A DNA stretch of 64,000 bases, taken from the NCBI GenBank assembly GCA_963712745.1, contig CAVQJC010000020.1, positions 596,467-660,466 on the forward strand, in the 5' to 3' direction. The DNA comes from an uncultured Chloroflexia bacterium (GTDB taxonomy: Bacteria > Chloroflexota > Limnocylindria > Limnocylindrales > CSP1-4). Shown one piece after another: positions 1 through 10,665 of this stretch; the stretch's first letter is position 1; every line of letters starts with the position of its first letter. The translations under genes and the position numbers were made by a program. The notes beneath the pieces were generated by a model. The model made no database searches, was not told the DNA's origin, and saw only the letters and a list, made by a program, of their open reading frames with translations.

Positions 1-80
1 GCCACATCCCTGTGGGCCGCGCAGGCGCCCCTCGTCCGACACCTGCCTGGTTCAGAACGAGGTGGACAGGTTGGCGGCGC

Positions 81-2459
81 TCAGGGCTGGACCAGGTGCA
101 CGGGGTTGCCGATGAGGTTCACCTTCCAGGTCGTGACGTCGTTGGAGGTGCCATTGCCGGTCATCCGATAGCGGATGCGCCACCAGCCGTCCTGATAGGC
201 CTCGTAGTCGGCCGGGATTGCCGCGCGCATGGTGAGCCAGCATCCGTTGAAGGTCCCGTTGGTGCTGCCCACGTTCGTCGTCACGATGTCCGTTCCGCCG
301 GGCGGGCTTTGTGCCGAGTTGCAGCTCGCCGCGGCCGAGTGGGACGTACCCCGCGAGGCCGTGTAGCTGAACCTGGTGGGCACCCAGCCGGTCTGCGTGG
401 GGATGAGGATCTGCAAGCGGGCCTCGAGGGGCCGGGTATCACCGGGATCCCAGAGCTGGATCTCGAGTGTCTTGCCCTTGTGAGCGGCCTCGATCTGGGC
501 CAGGAAGAACTCCGATACCTGCTCGCCACCGCTGGCGGTGAGTGGCGTGAAGGCCTGCATCGCGCCCAATCCGTAGACCCTGGGCTCACCCAGGCTGGAC
601 TCCACGAAGATGGCGAAGCTGTTCTCACCATCGGTGCCCAGCTGGTCGTTGGGAGCGGCAGGATCGGTGGAGGAGGTGTGAAGGCGGTAGACGCGGCCCT
701 TCGAGCCGCCACTCAGGTTGTCGTACAGGCGATACCAGCGATTGTGATAGTCGCGGCCGTCGCCGTATAGCGCGTCGGTCCGATACAGGCACTCGTCGCC
801 GCTGGTGCCGCCTGACATGGTCGAGTCGCTGGCATGGATGCCCCGGAAGAGATCCTCGTCCCCGGCGACTGGGAGACCGTCGTCCGAGTAGTCGTAGAGG
901 GTGTCCCGGGTGTCGTAGAGCGTATAGAAGGTGCTGACCGACCGACTCTGGCCAGAGCTGAACCAGCGATCGCCGGTGCCTTTTGCGGTCCCGACCGCAC
1001 AGTGCTGCGGATCATAGATGTAGACCGAGCCCGTCGCGAGGGGCGGGATCTCGATGGCGTAGTTGTAGTAGGTATCGGCGTCGTAGCAGGCCATGCCATC
1101 GGCGGGGCACTCCAGACTGGTCGTCGACGTCCTCCGATCGTAGCCTGGCTGGTGGGCGTCTCCGTTGACGTTCTCGGCACCCTGGGTGTTGAGCGTGCCC
1201 CAGAACCCTCGCGGATTGAGATCGTCGCCGTCGGCCTCGAAACAATCCGCCTTGCCCGTGGTGCACGCGTTCCCCGGGCCCTTCAGTGGAAGGTCCCCGA
1301 GGTTCGTGGTGACGTCCTGCGTCGTTGTGTAGCTGTAGTCCCAAGTGATGCGGACCTCGGCCTCGTCGACGCGGAAGGTCTTGGACCCCGTGCAACCCTC
1401 AGTTGCTGTCAGGCGCATCCGGAAGTTCGCGTCTGAGAATTCGTCGCGGGTCCAGGAATGGCTGCCCCAGTCGCTCGTGTTGGAGGCGTTCCCGAGCGTG
1501 TAGGCGTTGTTGAATCCCGTATCGAGGTTCGGGGTCTCCACCAGGTCGCTCCAGGACCCGGGTACACCGCCCTGCCAGGAGAGCTCGACGCCGACCCGCG
1601 CGCTGCCGCCCGAGCAGCTCGAGTTGATGAAGACGTCGGACAGTCGGACCTCGATCCCGGCGATGCTGAGCGACTCGCCCGCACCCGGCGTGGGCATGCC
1701 GCCCTGGGCGTTGATCCCAGACCACACGTGCTGGGCGCCGTTCGAGCTCGCGAGAGCGTTGCTGCCGTCATCGTTGTAGAGCGCGTAGTTCAGGCTGCCG
1801 GAGGAGGGGCTCCAGTCCCCGCCGTCGTGCGCAGTCGGAGAACGCCAAGGGCTCGAGTTGCGATCGGCAGTCGGCACCTCCTCGGTGGCCGTAGAGGTCA
1901 GGCCGCGAGCCAGGCCGAAGGCGCCGTAGTAGTTCTCCGGGCTGCCCATGGGCACAGGCAGCACGAACTCCGCCGCGCTGGTGACGCCGACGTCGACGGT
2001 CTTGAGACAGGGCCCGCCGTCCCAGCAGAAGACCCGAGCGAAGTTGGTCTGGACAGGACCCTGGATGTCGACGATCAGCTTGCGGTCATTACGGGGCGTG
2101 TTGTCATCGCGCCGCGGCGTCACGATGACGCCGTCGACACCGTTCGTGAAGCCGTTCTTCTCGGCCTCGTCCAGGGCCGCCGCGAAGGCGCGGGACTCGT
2201 TGTTCGGGAGATAGACAGCGCCGGCGAGCGATGCCGCATCCGCAGCGCGTTGCGCCTTCAGTTCCACGGTCCACCACCAGGCAACGTCGGTGAGCAACGC
2301 CGCACCGCCGATGAGCACCACCGACATGATGGCGAAGATGGGTAGCACCTGACCCAGCTGGCGCCTGCGAGACTTCTGGCTCGCGTCGCTCGTCTGGCTC
2401 ATGGCATCGGACCGGTCTCGCCGCCTCGCGATGGCTCTGAGGATGGTGTTCGGGCGCAT
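81..2459 (-). CDS. TadG-like pilus assembly / pseudopilin protein with large extracellular region
   Basis: N-terminal prepilin-like G|QVLPIFAIM hydrophobic helix followed by the 'AQRAADAASLAGA' Tad motif; GGAG RBS upstream; in an operon with two TadE-like genes. Confidence 0.85.
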   Translation of the reverse strand: MRPNTILRAIARRRDRSDAMSQTSDASQKSRRRQLGQVLPIFAIMSVVLIGGAALLTDVAWWWTVELKAQRAADAASLAGAVYLPNNESRAFAAALDEAEKNGFTNGVDGVIVTPRRDDNTPRNDRKLIVDIQGPVQTNFARVFCWDGGPCLKTVDVGVTSAAEFVLPVPMGSPENYYGAFGLARGLTSTATEEVPTADRNSSPWRSPTAHDGGDWSPSSGSLNYALYNDDGSNALASSNGAQHVWSGINAQGGMPTPGAGESLSIAGIEVRLSDVFINSSCSGGSARVGVELSWQGGVPGSWSDLVETPNLDTGFNNAYTLGNASNTSDWGSHSWTRDEFSDANFRMRLTATEGCTGSKTFRVDEAEVRITWDYSYTTTQDVTTNLGDLPLKGPGNACTTGKADCFEADGDDLNPRGFWGTLNTQGAENVNGDAHQPGYDRRTSTTSLECPADGMACYDADTYYNYAIEIPPLATGSVYIYDPQHCAVGTAKGTGDRWFSSGQSRSVSTFYTLYDTRDTLYDYSDDGLPVAGDEDLFRGIHASDSTMSGGTSGDECLYRTDALYGDGRDYHNRWYRLYDNLSGGSKGRVYRLHTSSTDPAAPNDQLGTDGENSFAIFVESSLGEPRVYGLGAMQAFTPLTASGGEQVSEFFLAQIEAAHKGKTLEIQLWDPGDTRPLEARLQILIPTQTGWVPTRFSYTASRGTSHSAAASCNSAQSPPGGTDIVTTNVGSTNGTFNGCWLTMRAAIPADYEAYQDGWWRIRYRMTGNGTSNDVTTWKVNLIGNPVHLVQP

Positions 2460-2467
2460 CGGGGCTC

Positions 2468-3100
2468 CTAACTCGACGGATTCAGGGCCATGACGGTTGT
2501 CTCCTTGAGGGGCATCTGCAGGCGCCCTCCAGAGATCGCATTAGCTAGCGCGGCCACGGGCATGACGAAGTTGTAGGTGTAGCCGACGGAAACCCCGATG
2601 GAGTCAGGGAACGCACCGGTGTTGTCACGGCTGCATACGGGCCACGATTGTCTCGACGGGTCCGGGCCGAAGACGATCAGCTCGGTGCCGGCTCCGGGAT
2701 CGACGTCGGTCGGGCCGAAGTTCCGATGCCAGACATTCACCGGTCCGGCCTCCGCGCCGGAGTCAGTGGCCTTGAAGATGCGGATCTCCTCTACCTGGGC
2801 AAGCCTGACTCCCGAATCCGGCGACTGAAGGATGCGCTGCACGGCCGCGACCAGGGTGGCGTCGACGCCAGACGGGTCGTCGGGCTGGCCGGGCCCGCAG
2901 AGCGCGGGGTCCCCGCGTGCGAGCGCAGAGCCGACCCGGGCACCTTCTCGGGACCCGTACACCAGCGACTGGACGTTGCCGTAGACCACGCCCAACTCGG
3001 CCACGCTGACCACCAGTAGTAGCACGATGGGCAGGACCAGGGTGGCCTCGACCAGGGCCTGACCGCGCTCGCCCTCAGGACGTCGCGAGAAGAACCTCAT
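2468..3100 (-). CDS. tadE: TadE/TadG family pseudopilin
   Basis: ERG|QALVEATLVLPIVLLL ... SREGARVG signature. Confidence 0.9.
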   Translation of the reverse strand: MRFFSRRPEGERGQALVEATLVLPIVLLLVVSVAELGVVYGNVQSLVYGSREGARVGSALARGDPALCGPGQPDDPSGVDATLVAAVQRILQSPDSGVRLAQVEEIRIFKATDSGAEAGPVNVWHRNFGPTDVDPGAGTELIVFGPDPSRQSWPVCSRDNTGAFPDSIGVSVGYTYNFVMPVAALANAISGGRLQMPLKETTVMALNPSS

Positions 3101-3750
3101 AGCACCGGCTCGATTCGGAACACGTTGCGCTGGACCATCATCCAGCCGGTGTCGTTGCCGGCGAAGATGTTGAAGATGGAGTCGAGGGGCGTCACCCAGC
3201 GGTGGCGATAGCGGACGGTGACCGCGATGTTGTCCACGGTGGAGCGCTCCGGTGTGAACGGCGGATCAGGACAGCCCTTCAGCACGTTGCAGCGTTGCTC
3301 CTCGGGGTATTCCGGAAGGCCCGCCACGCCGGGGTTCTCGAGCCTGTAGGGGACATCGACATCGGTCCCGTCGGGCAGGGTGCAAGGGGTTCTCAGGCCG
3401 TCGATACGCTCCCACTTCTGTTGCGCGAGGGACAACGCGCCGGACTTGGTGGACCGCCCGATGACCACGTGCTGGATCCTGTGGGGGTCGGTGGGCGCGT
3501 AGATGTCCTTCTCGACCTCGGTAAGGACCAGGCAGTCCGCGCCAGCCTGATTGCCCATGATGGCCGCGATGTGCGCGCCGTTCTGCGAGGCGCGGTTCAC
3601 TGCCATGTAGGCGTTGAACAGCAACGAGATCTCGATCAGCGCCATGAAGAGGAAGATGAGGATGGGGATGACCAGCGCGAACTCGACCAGGGTCTGCCCG
3701 GAATCGCGTGAGCGACCGGGCCCCCCCTGGTCTTCGGTTCTGCGAGGCAT
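3097..3750 (-). CDS. tadE: TadE family pseudopilin
   Basis: SG|QTLVEFALVIPILIFL ... NRASQNGAH; ATGA overlap with next gene; start at 3750 chosen (ORF extends to 3840). Confidence 0.88.
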   Translation of the reverse strand: MPRRTEDQGGPGRSRDSGQTLVEFALVIPILIFLFMALIEISLLFNAYMAVNRASQNGAHIAAIMGNQAGADCLVLTEVEKDIYAPTDPHRIQHVVIGRSTKSGALSLAQQKWERIDGLRTPCTLPDGTDVDVPYRLENPGVAGLPEYPEEQRCNVLKGCPDPPFTPERSTVDNIAVTVRYRHRWVTPLDSIFNIFAGNDTGWMMVQRNVFRIEPVL

Positions 3751-4071
3751 GTCGGGCACTGACAGCCACCTTTCGATCGGAGCGCGAAGTCCGGGTCGCC
3801 TACCGGTACCAAAGGACCGGTGGCATGACGACCGGGCCATCTAACGATGAGGACTTCCGGATTTCAATAGAACTATCGGGGGATGGCGCACTGTCTGGTG
3901 ACCCATCGCAACGACGAATCCAGCCGAGTCCGGAGGATGTCTGCACCGGATGTCCCCCGACGGCACCGCACCGGTCACAAGCGCCCACATGCCCTCATCC
4001 CGCCTCCGTCGAGCGTCGATCGACCCGCCGATCGAGGGCGCGGCCTTGTTCGCGTTGTCCAGGCGCGTGGC

Positions 4072-5460
4072 CTACGGTTCGAAGAAGCCTTCCACCTGGG
4101 TCACTTCGACGATCGTGGGCGTCTCACCGGCCACCGTCAGCTCGTAGGTGCCGGGACCGTCGGCGTCGGCCAGTCGCGTGCAGAAGTCGTCGAACGGCGA
4201 GCGGGTGACGTCCTGCCCGTCGATACGGGTCACCTCCGCCCCGAGCTCGAGGTCCTCGTTGCCGGGCCAGCCCTCGAGATAGGCGCCGATCACGTAGCCC
4301 TCGTCCCAACCGAGCGACACCGAGGCGGGGTCAGGGGGTGCGGGCGCATCGTCGATCGGGTCGAGGTACAGCGCGTCCTCAACCCAGTCGATGGTCAGCA
4401 CGAAGTGGCGTAGGAGATCGGTGCCCGCGTCGCCCCGTCCCTGGGGTAGCAGCTCCGACGTCGCGAGCGGCAGGCGCAGTTCGCTGGCCGCTCCCGCCTG
4501 ACCGAACCCCAGGTCCGCGGCGGTCCAACGGACCCGCGTGCCGACCGGGCCGCCCGCGGTGGTGGCCAGCACGGCCGACGCAGGGGCGTCACCCGGGAGG
4601 GCCAGGCCGACGCCCTCGAGGTCCGCGGGGTTGACCGTCAGCCAGCCGTCTGAGCCGGTATCGAGCAGGAATGCCAGGAAGCCCTCCGCCGCACGCAGCT
4701 CGAAAAGCGGTGAGGGCGAGGTGTCCGAGGCGCGGGTGAAGTCGAGCCGGATGGCGCCGTCGATGTGGTCCAGGTCCGCGGTCGAGCCAGCGATGGTGAT
4801 GGTTCGCGCGGTCGGGTCGACCTGCCACACGGCGGTGCGCATGAGGCTGGCTCCGATGAACCCTTCATCGCTCAGGCAGTAGAACGGGTTGCCCGGCTCG
4901 ATGGCGTCGACTACGGCCCCTGCGTCGCTGAATAGCGCGTCGCCGATGGCCAGGCGCGGCAACTGGACGACATCGCTGGTGATGACCTGTCCGTCCGCCG
5001 AGGCGGTGGAGACCGTGCCCGCCACACCGTCGGCGAAGACCTCGGCGATCTCCTGCGAGACGATGGTGGGCGCGCCCGTGTCGACGATCATGGGAACCGT
5101 CCGGCTGTCGTCCCCGAGCGTGACGTCGATGACGATGGAGCCGGCGACCTCGCGGTACGGGACCGTCACGGGGAGGGTGTCCACGTCGACGGTCGTGCCG
5201 GCGAGCACCTCCGCACCGGCGTCCTGGTCCCCGCGGGCGATGAGGACGATGGCCGCGATGAGCCCCACAGCGATGGCGATGATGACCACCGGCACAGCCA
5301 TGGAGGTCGACCAGCCGCTGGGCGGCTCGATGCCGACCGCGGTGGCGCCTTGCGCCGAGTCTGGCGGGCGCTCGGGCTGTGGCTCCGCCGCGTTCGGGCG
5401 CTCGGGCCGGTGCTCGGGCTGGAGCTCCGCCGGGTTCGGGCGCTCGGGCTCGTCAGGCAT
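4072..5460 (-). CDS. Membrane-anchored two-domain retropepsin-like aspartyl protease with C-terminal PDZ-like region
   Basis: Single TM helix, two catalytic motifs (IVDTGA, LLDTGS) and a C-terminal 'EVTRIDG'; start overlaps the upstream GT87 stop. Confidence 0.8.
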   Translation of the reverse strand: MPDEPERPNPAELQPEHRPERPNAAEPQPERPPDSAQGATAVGIEPPSGWSTSMAVPVVIIAIAVGLIAAIVLIARGDQDAGAEVLAGTTVDVDTLPVTVPYREVAGSIVIDVTLGDDSRTVPMIVDTGAPTIVSQEIAEVFADGVAGTVSTASADGQVITSDVVQLPRLAIGDALFSDAGAVVDAIEPGNPFYCLSDEGFIGASLMRTAVWQVDPTARTITIAGSTADLDHIDGAIRLDFTRASDTSPSPLFELRAAEGFLAFLLDTGSDGWLTVNPADLEGVGLALPGDAPASAVLATTAGGPVGTRVRWTAADLGFGQAGAASELRLPLATSELLPQGRGDAGTDLLRHFVLTIDWVEDALYLDPIDDAPAPPDPASVSLGWDEGYVIGAYLEGWPGNEDLELGAEVTRIDGQDVTRSPFDDFCTRLADADGPGTYELTVAGETPTIVEVTQVEGFFEP

Positions 5461-6634
5461 GACTGGTGACGGGTTCAGGGGCGCCGCGATCACGCGGCCA
5501 CAGCGAGTGTGCGGCGACAACGACCAGGACAGTGGCCCCGGCCAGGGCGAGTGGTTCCATCGTCATCGAGATCGACACCAGGCCCGCGGAGGCCACCAGC
5601 CCGACCCGAGCGGTGGTCCCGGCGCGCGGCCATGCCATCGCCGCGAACGGCAGAAGGACGACCAGGTAGTGGTACCAGAACTGTCCAGGCACGAGCAGCA
5701 TCGCCACCGTTCCCATGAGGGCGGCTGCCGGATAGCCAGCTCGCCGTCGCGCCAGCCAGATGCTGGCCAGGACCGCCAGGCCGCCAGCCAAGAGAGCCGC
5801 GACGCGCACGGCCGTGACGACGAAGCCCGGCAGGCCGAGTTGGGCTGCGACGCTGGCGGGGGCCAAACTGGACGGGTGGTTGCCGGAGCCTCCAAGGAGG
5901 TTCATGAGCACGGTCGGGAACTCGAACCACGCTGCCGGCGCAAGGACGAACGAAACGCCCACGATGGCCAGCAACGAGATGGCCAGGGCCGCCCGTGCCC
6001 GGTGGCTCATGGCGACGACCGCGGGCACGAAGGCGACCGGGCTGACCTTGAGCAGCGCCATGGCCGCGGCGCTGACCCCGGCGGCCGTGCCGCCGAACGC
6101 GACCAACGTCGAGCCCAGTGCCACGAAGCCACTGACATTGGCGAACCAGAGCGCCAGCCACGCGGGCAGGAACAGCAGGGTCGCGACCAGGCACCACAGG
6201 CCACGTTCCAGGCTGCGGGAGGACCCGCCCAGCCCGGCACCGAGCCAGGTGGCCGCGTACACCGACACGAACTGCAGGACGTACCACAGGCCTGAGGTGA
6301 GTGATTCAGGAAGTCGCGCCACAGGGGCGAGGGTCTGCGCCAGCGGCGGCGGGTACAGGTAGCCCCAGGTGCCGATCTCGATCGGCCCATTCAGGTGTGC
6401 GGGCAAGTACGGCGAGAAGCCGTCGAGGAGGCGCAGCGAGGCGTCTCGATAGGCGTTGAAGTCGGAGGCGTCCGCGCCGCTGTACCCGAGCGCCACGGTC
6501 CACAGCGCGAGGTGCACGAGGACCCCGACGACGGCCAGCACCAACGCCAGGACGAGTCTGAATCGAGGCGAACTCAGGGCACGCGGCCCCGGTCCTGGCG
6601 AGGCGGCCGACCGCCTCGCGATGCCGAAGTTCAC
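5453..6634 (-). CDS. Glycosyltransferase family 87 (GT-C, DUF2029-like)
   Basis: DFNAY ... YLYPPPLA ... ANVS ... LLKVSP ... WYHY motifs; multi-TM; GTGA overlap with upstream gene. Confidence 0.85.
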   Translation of the reverse strand: MNFGIARRSAASPGPGPRALSSPRFRLVLALVLAVVGVLVHLALWTVALGYSGADASDFNAYRDASLRLLDGFSPYLPAHLNGPIEIGTWGYLYPPPLAQTLAPVARLPESLTSGLWYVLQFVSVYAATWLGAGLGGSSRSLERGLWCLVATLLFLPAWLALWFANVSGFVALGSTLVAFGGTAAGVSAAAMALLKVSPVAFVPAVVAMSHRARAALAISLLAIVGVSFVLAPAAWFEFPTVLMNLLGGSGNHPSSLAPASVAAQLGLPGFVVTAVRVAALLAGGLAVLASIWLARRRAGYPAAALMGTVAMLLVPGQFWYHYLVVLLPFAAMAWPRAGTTARVGLVASAGLVSISMTMEPLALAGATVLVVVAAHSLWPRDRGAPEPVTSHA

Positions 6635-7782
6635 GACGCGGGCGCCCTTGGGGGCCACAAGGCCAGGATGATGATCAGAGACATGGCGGTGCCCCCTGCC
6701 AGCGCGAGCGGATCGACGCCGAAGCTGACGCTGACGACACCGGCCGAGATGAGGAGCCCGAAACGGGTTGCCGGTCTGGCCTTGGGCCACGCGATCGCAG
6801 CGAACGGCAGCAGCACCACGAGGTAGTGGTACAGGAGCGTCCCCCGGATGGTAAGTGCGGCGACGGTGGCAAGGAATGCCGCCTCGGGCCATCCTTCCCG
6901 TCGCCGTGCAAGCCACAGGCTCACGATGAAGGCCACTCCACCGGTCGTGAGGGTCGCCAGCCGTGTCAGGAGCACGAGCCCGTCAGGTAGCCCACTCCGG
7001 GCGGCGATGTTCGCGGGGGCGATGCTGACATGCCCGGATGCGGCCAGGTCGAGCAGGATACGCGGATAGTCGAGCCAGGCCCCGGGTGCGAGCGCGAAGC
7101 TGATGCCAAGCGCGACCACGAGGCTGATGACCACGGCCCAGCGCGACTCGCGGCCCATCAGCAAGGATACCGGCACGAGCGAAGCCGGGCTCACCTTCAG
7201 CAGGGTGAGAAGCACCGCACTCGCACCCGCGGCTGCTCCTCCGGCCGCCACGAGCGTAGCTCCCAGGGCGAGCACGGTGCTGATGTTGCCGTACCAGAAG
7301 GAGCTGAAGGCCGGCATGAACCAGAGCATCGGCACGAGACACCAGAGCGCACGCTCCAGGGACCGGCGGGCACCACCCAGTCCCGTCCCGATCCAGAGTG
7401 CCGCGTACATCGCGACGAACTGGATGCTGTACCAGCTGAACTCGGCCACCGGCGCCGGCACCAGCGTCAGCGGTGAAAGCAGCTGGGCCAGAGGTGGCGG
7501 ATAGATGTAGCACGTCGGACAGTAGGCCTCGGCGGCCCCGGTGACCTGCGCGACCGTGTACGGAGAGCCGACCTCAAGCCACCGTTCCGACCCGGCGAGG
7601 TACGCGAAGAAGTCGTACCCACCCTCGTGGCCGATCGCCGAGAGCAAGCTCGGGTAGAGCAGGAGCAGGTAGACGCCTAGGGCACTCAGGGTGAGCGCGA
7701 GGGCCAGCCGAAATCCCTGTGAACCGAACACCCGGAGTCCCGGCATGCCGGTCACATCCATGCGCTGCACCACGCCGTTCAT
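6631..7782 (-). CDS. Glycosyltransferase family 87
   Basis: DFFAY, YIYPPPLA, GNIS, LLKVSP, LYHY motifs; multi-TM. Confidence 0.85.
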   Translation of the reverse strand: MNGVVQRMDVTGMPGLRVFGSQGFRLALALTLSALGVYLLLLYPSLLSAIGHEGGYDFFAYLAGSERWLEVGSPYTVAQVTGAAEAYCPTCYIYPPPLAQLLSPLTLVPAPVAEFSWYSIQFVAMYAALWIGTGLGGARRSLERALWCLVPMLWFMPAFSSFWYGNISTVLALGATLVAAGGAAAGASAVLLTLLKVSPASLVPVSLLMGRESRWAVVISLVVALGISFALAPGAWLDYPRILLDLAASGHVSIAPANIAARSGLPDGLVLLTRLATLTTGGVAFIVSLWLARRREGWPEAAFLATVAALTIRGTLLYHYLVVLLPFAAIAWPKARPATRFGLLISAGVVSVSFGVDPLALAGGTAMSLIIILALWPPRAPAS

Positions 7783-8696
7783 GCCGGATCAGGCCCCCCG
7801 GTAGCGGGCCGCAGTCCGAGGCGCATCAAGGCCCGAGTCGCGAGGCTGGGCGTGGCTGCCGGGTATCGGCGGTGCCACTCGGCGATGAGCCCCACCAGCA
7901 TGGCCAGGCCATGGACCCACAGCACCGGCAGTGCCCACGTGGCCGCGACCAGCACCGTCCAGCGGCGGTCGGTGCGGGCACCCCAGACCACGAGGACGGT
8001 GGCCGTCGCAAGCCGGGCCACCAGCGGCACGCGCACGAGGTTGATCCAGTACGGGTCCAGGCCGATGCGCTCAGCCTCGAGGACATAGTCCCACCATTCC
8101 CGCCAGAGATGAGGCCACAGGACAAGGGAGACCAGGCAGGCGACGGCCGTGGTCCCCAGGGCGATGGCCAACGAGCGCCACTCGCCGCGGACCACGAACC
8201 AGAGCAGGCCCACGCCGGCCGTGAACTTCGTGAGCAGCACGAAGGACCAGGTCCAGGGATGGCGGAAGCCGAGCAGGATGGCCACGGCCAGGAGGATGTG
8301 GATGTTGCCGTGGTAGAGCTCGAGGGCCACGAAGGGGATGGCGAAGGCGGCCACGATCCAGCCCGCACTGCCGCCGATCCAGACGAGCGAAGCCACCATC
8401 AGCGCCGTCCACAGCCACAGGAAGTCCCACCAGGAAACGAGGCTGAACGTGCTCATCACCGCGGCCATCGGCGGGGTGTAGGGGAACGCTCCCACCTCAC
8501 GATGCGGGATGTCGTACACGGCCTGCATGTCCACGACCCAGTAGGAATAGGCATCGATGCCGAAGGACTGGACTCTCGGCGCGAGCACGAGGAAGACGAA
8601 GCCGAGAAAGATCAGCCCCGCCACGACCATGCCGTGGGTGACCGCGCGAGCGCGCCCGCTCGCAGCCAACCCGCTCAACCTTCCTGCTGCTGTCAT
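7779..8696 (-). CDS. Glycosyltransferase family 87 (short form)
   Basis: DAYSYW, FPYTPP, ELYHGNIHILL, LLTK motifs; multi-TM. Confidence 0.8.
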   Translation of the reverse strand: MTAAGRLSGLAASGRARAVTHGMVVAGLIFLGFVFLVLAPRVQSFGIDAYSYWVVDMQAVYDIPHREVGAFPYTPPMAAVMSTFSLVSWWDFLWLWTALMVASLVWIGGSAGWIVAAFAIPFVALELYHGNIHILLAVAILLGFRHPWTWSFVLLTKFTAGVGLLWFVVRGEWRSLAIALGTTAVACLVSLVLWPHLWREWWDYVLEAERIGLDPYWINLVRVPLVARLATATVLVVWGARTDRRWTVLVAATWALPVLWVHGLAMLVGLIAEWHRRYPAATPSLATRALMRLGLRPATGGPDPA

Positions 8697-8747
8697 GGCG
8701 CGGTCGCGGTGCCCGGCACCGACGCGGTGGCTGGGGAGGCCAGCGCC

Positions 8748-9566
8748 TCACGCCTGGCGGCCAGTGAGCGCTGCACGAAGCTCGGGGACGATGCCGACCA
8801 GCATCACGAAGCTGCCCAGCCAAAGGATCGGCAGTGCCACCATCGAGGCCACCACGACCGTCCAGCGCCGGTCGGTGCGGGCACCCCACACGACGAGCGC
8901 CGCGGCCGCGATGAGGCGGATCCAGAGGGGAACCATCACCGCGTTGCCGACCGGCGGTCGGCCGACGTTGTCGAGGATCAGGTCCACCCACTCGGCCCAC
9001 AGTGACGGCATGAGGACCAGTGACGCGACGCACAGTACGGCCGTGGCCGCGAGGGCGATCCCCAGCTGCCGCCATTCTCCGCGGACCACGAACCAGAGCA
9101 GGCCGATGCCAGCGCTGGGCTTGGTCAGCAGCACGAACGACCAGGTCCAGGGATGCCTGAAGCCGAGCACGATGGCGACCACCAGCAGGATGTGGATGTT
9201 GCCGCCGTAGAACTCGAGGGCGACGAAGGGAAAGGCGAGTGCCGCCAGGATCCAGTTCGGCGTCCAGCCGATCCAGATGACCGAGCCCACCAGCAGCATC
9301 AGCCACAGGAAGCTGAAGACCCACCAGTCCACGAGGCTGAAGGAGTCGAACACGAGCGCGACCGGTGGCGCGTAGTTGAAGGCCCCCAGATCCCCCACCG
9401 GGATGGAGTAGGCGTCCGGCAGGTTCACGTTCCAGTACGCGAACGCGTCGTGGTGGAAGTTCTGCATCTGGGGAGCCACCACCACGAAGAGGTAGACCAT
9501 GAAGAGCAGCCCGGCCAGGATCAGCCCGTGTCCGACCGGCCGTGCGAACCGACGGGCGGTCTTCAT
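8748..9566 (-). CDS. Glycosyltransferase family 87 (short form), paralog of 7779..8696
   Basis: DAFAYW, FNYAPP, EFYGGNIHILL, HPWTWSFVLLTK and WGARTDRRW motifs shared with the neighbour. Confidence 0.8.
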   Translation of the reverse strand: MKTARRFARPVGHGLILAGLLFMVYLFVVVAPQMQNFHHDAFAYWNVNLPDAYSIPVGDLGAFNYAPPVALVFDSFSLVDWWVFSFLWLMLLVGSVIWIGWTPNWILAALAFPFVALEFYGGNIHILLVVAIVLGFRHPWTWSFVLLTKPSAGIGLLWFVVRGEWRQLGIALAATAVLCVASLVLMPSLWAEWVDLILDNVGRPPVGNAVMVPLWIRLIAAAALVVWGARTDRRWTVVVASMVALPILWLGSFVMLVGIVPELRAALTGRQA

Positions 9567-9602
9567 ATGTGCGAAGGGACGACGCCGGAAGAGCCGCCGG
9601 GC

Positions 9603-10568
9603 TCAGTCCAGCTCGACCGGGACCCCTGTCTCAGCGGAGCGGTACAGCGCCTCGATGGTGCGCGCCTGGCCCATGGCATCGTCACGGCCCAGGCGGGGCG
9701 CCTTCAGGCCACGGATGGCGGCGGCCATGTCGTCGAGCTCGCACATGTAGGGGTTGGGCGCATCGACGTTCTGCTCCTGGCCATCGACGATGAGCACGCC
9801 GCGCAGCGAGTGCCACGGGTCAGGCAGGAAGATCGTGCCCGACCGGCCGGTCACCTCCAGCGACTCGCTGAAGCTGTCGAAACCGCTATGGAACGTGGCC
9901 ACGAGGCCAGAGGGGAAGCGCAGGTAGCCTGTGAAACGGCGGTCCACGCCGTCGGCCGTGGTGACCCCCTGGCCGAACACGAGCTCGGGCTCCTCGCCCG
10001 CGATGAGGCGAGCGCCGGACACGCAGTAGCAGCCCACGTCCATGAGCGAGCCGCCCTCCAGGGCGGCGGAAACGCGGATGTCGGCATCGTCCTGCAGACG
10101 GTGGCTGAACGTGGAGCGCACGTGGATGAGCTCGCCGATCTGCCCGGCCAGCTCGACCAGCCTGGCCGCCTGGGGCGTGTGGCGCCACATGAACGCCTCC
10201 ATGAGCACGACCCCGGCGGCATCGGCCGCGTCCCAGGCTTCGTCCACCTCCGCGGAGTGGCGCGTGTAGGGCTTCTCGCAGAGGACGTGCTTGCCGGCCG
10301 CGATGGCCTTCAGCGTCCAGGGGTGGTGAAGCGCGTTGGGCAGGGGGATGTAGACCGCGTCGATCTCTGGGTCGGCCAGCAACGCGTCGTAGCTGACGTG
10401 CACCTTGCCGATGCCGTTGGCGGCGGCGTAGGCCTCGCCGCTCTTGGCCGTCCGGCTGCCCACCGCCACGACCTCGGCCGCGTCGGTCAGGCGAGCGCCG
10501 CGCAGCAGCTTCTCGTTGATGCGGGATGTGCCCATCAGACCCCAGCGGATCGGTTCGTTCGTGCTCAC
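9603..10568 (-). CDS. Gfo/Idh/MocA family oxidoreductase
   Basis: IRWGLMG, AVYIPLPNALH, GKHVLCEKP, GGSLMDVGCY motifs. Confidence 0.95.
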   Translation of the reverse strand: MSTNEPIRWGLMGTSRINEKLLRGARLTDAAEVVAVGSRTAKSGEAYAAANGIGKVHVSYDALLADPEIDAVYIPLPNALHHPWTLKAIAAGKHVLCEKPYTRHSAEVDEAWDAADAAGVVLMEAFMWRHTPQAARLVELAGQIGELIHVRSTFSHRLQDDADIRVSAALEGGSLMDVGCYCVSGARLIAGEEPELVFGQGVTTADGVDRRFTGYLRFPSGLVATFHSGFDSFSESLEVTGRSGTIFLPDPWHSLRGVLIVDGQEQNVDAPNPYMCELDDMAAAIRGLKAPRLGRDDAMGQARTIEALYRSAETGVPVELD

Positions 10569-10665
10569 TCGTTCCTCCCGATGCAGCGGTTCTCGTGGTC
10601 TCCAGACCGCACCGTACCTGACCGTACGAGTGCCCTACCATGCCCGACACCACCCGGAGGTACCT

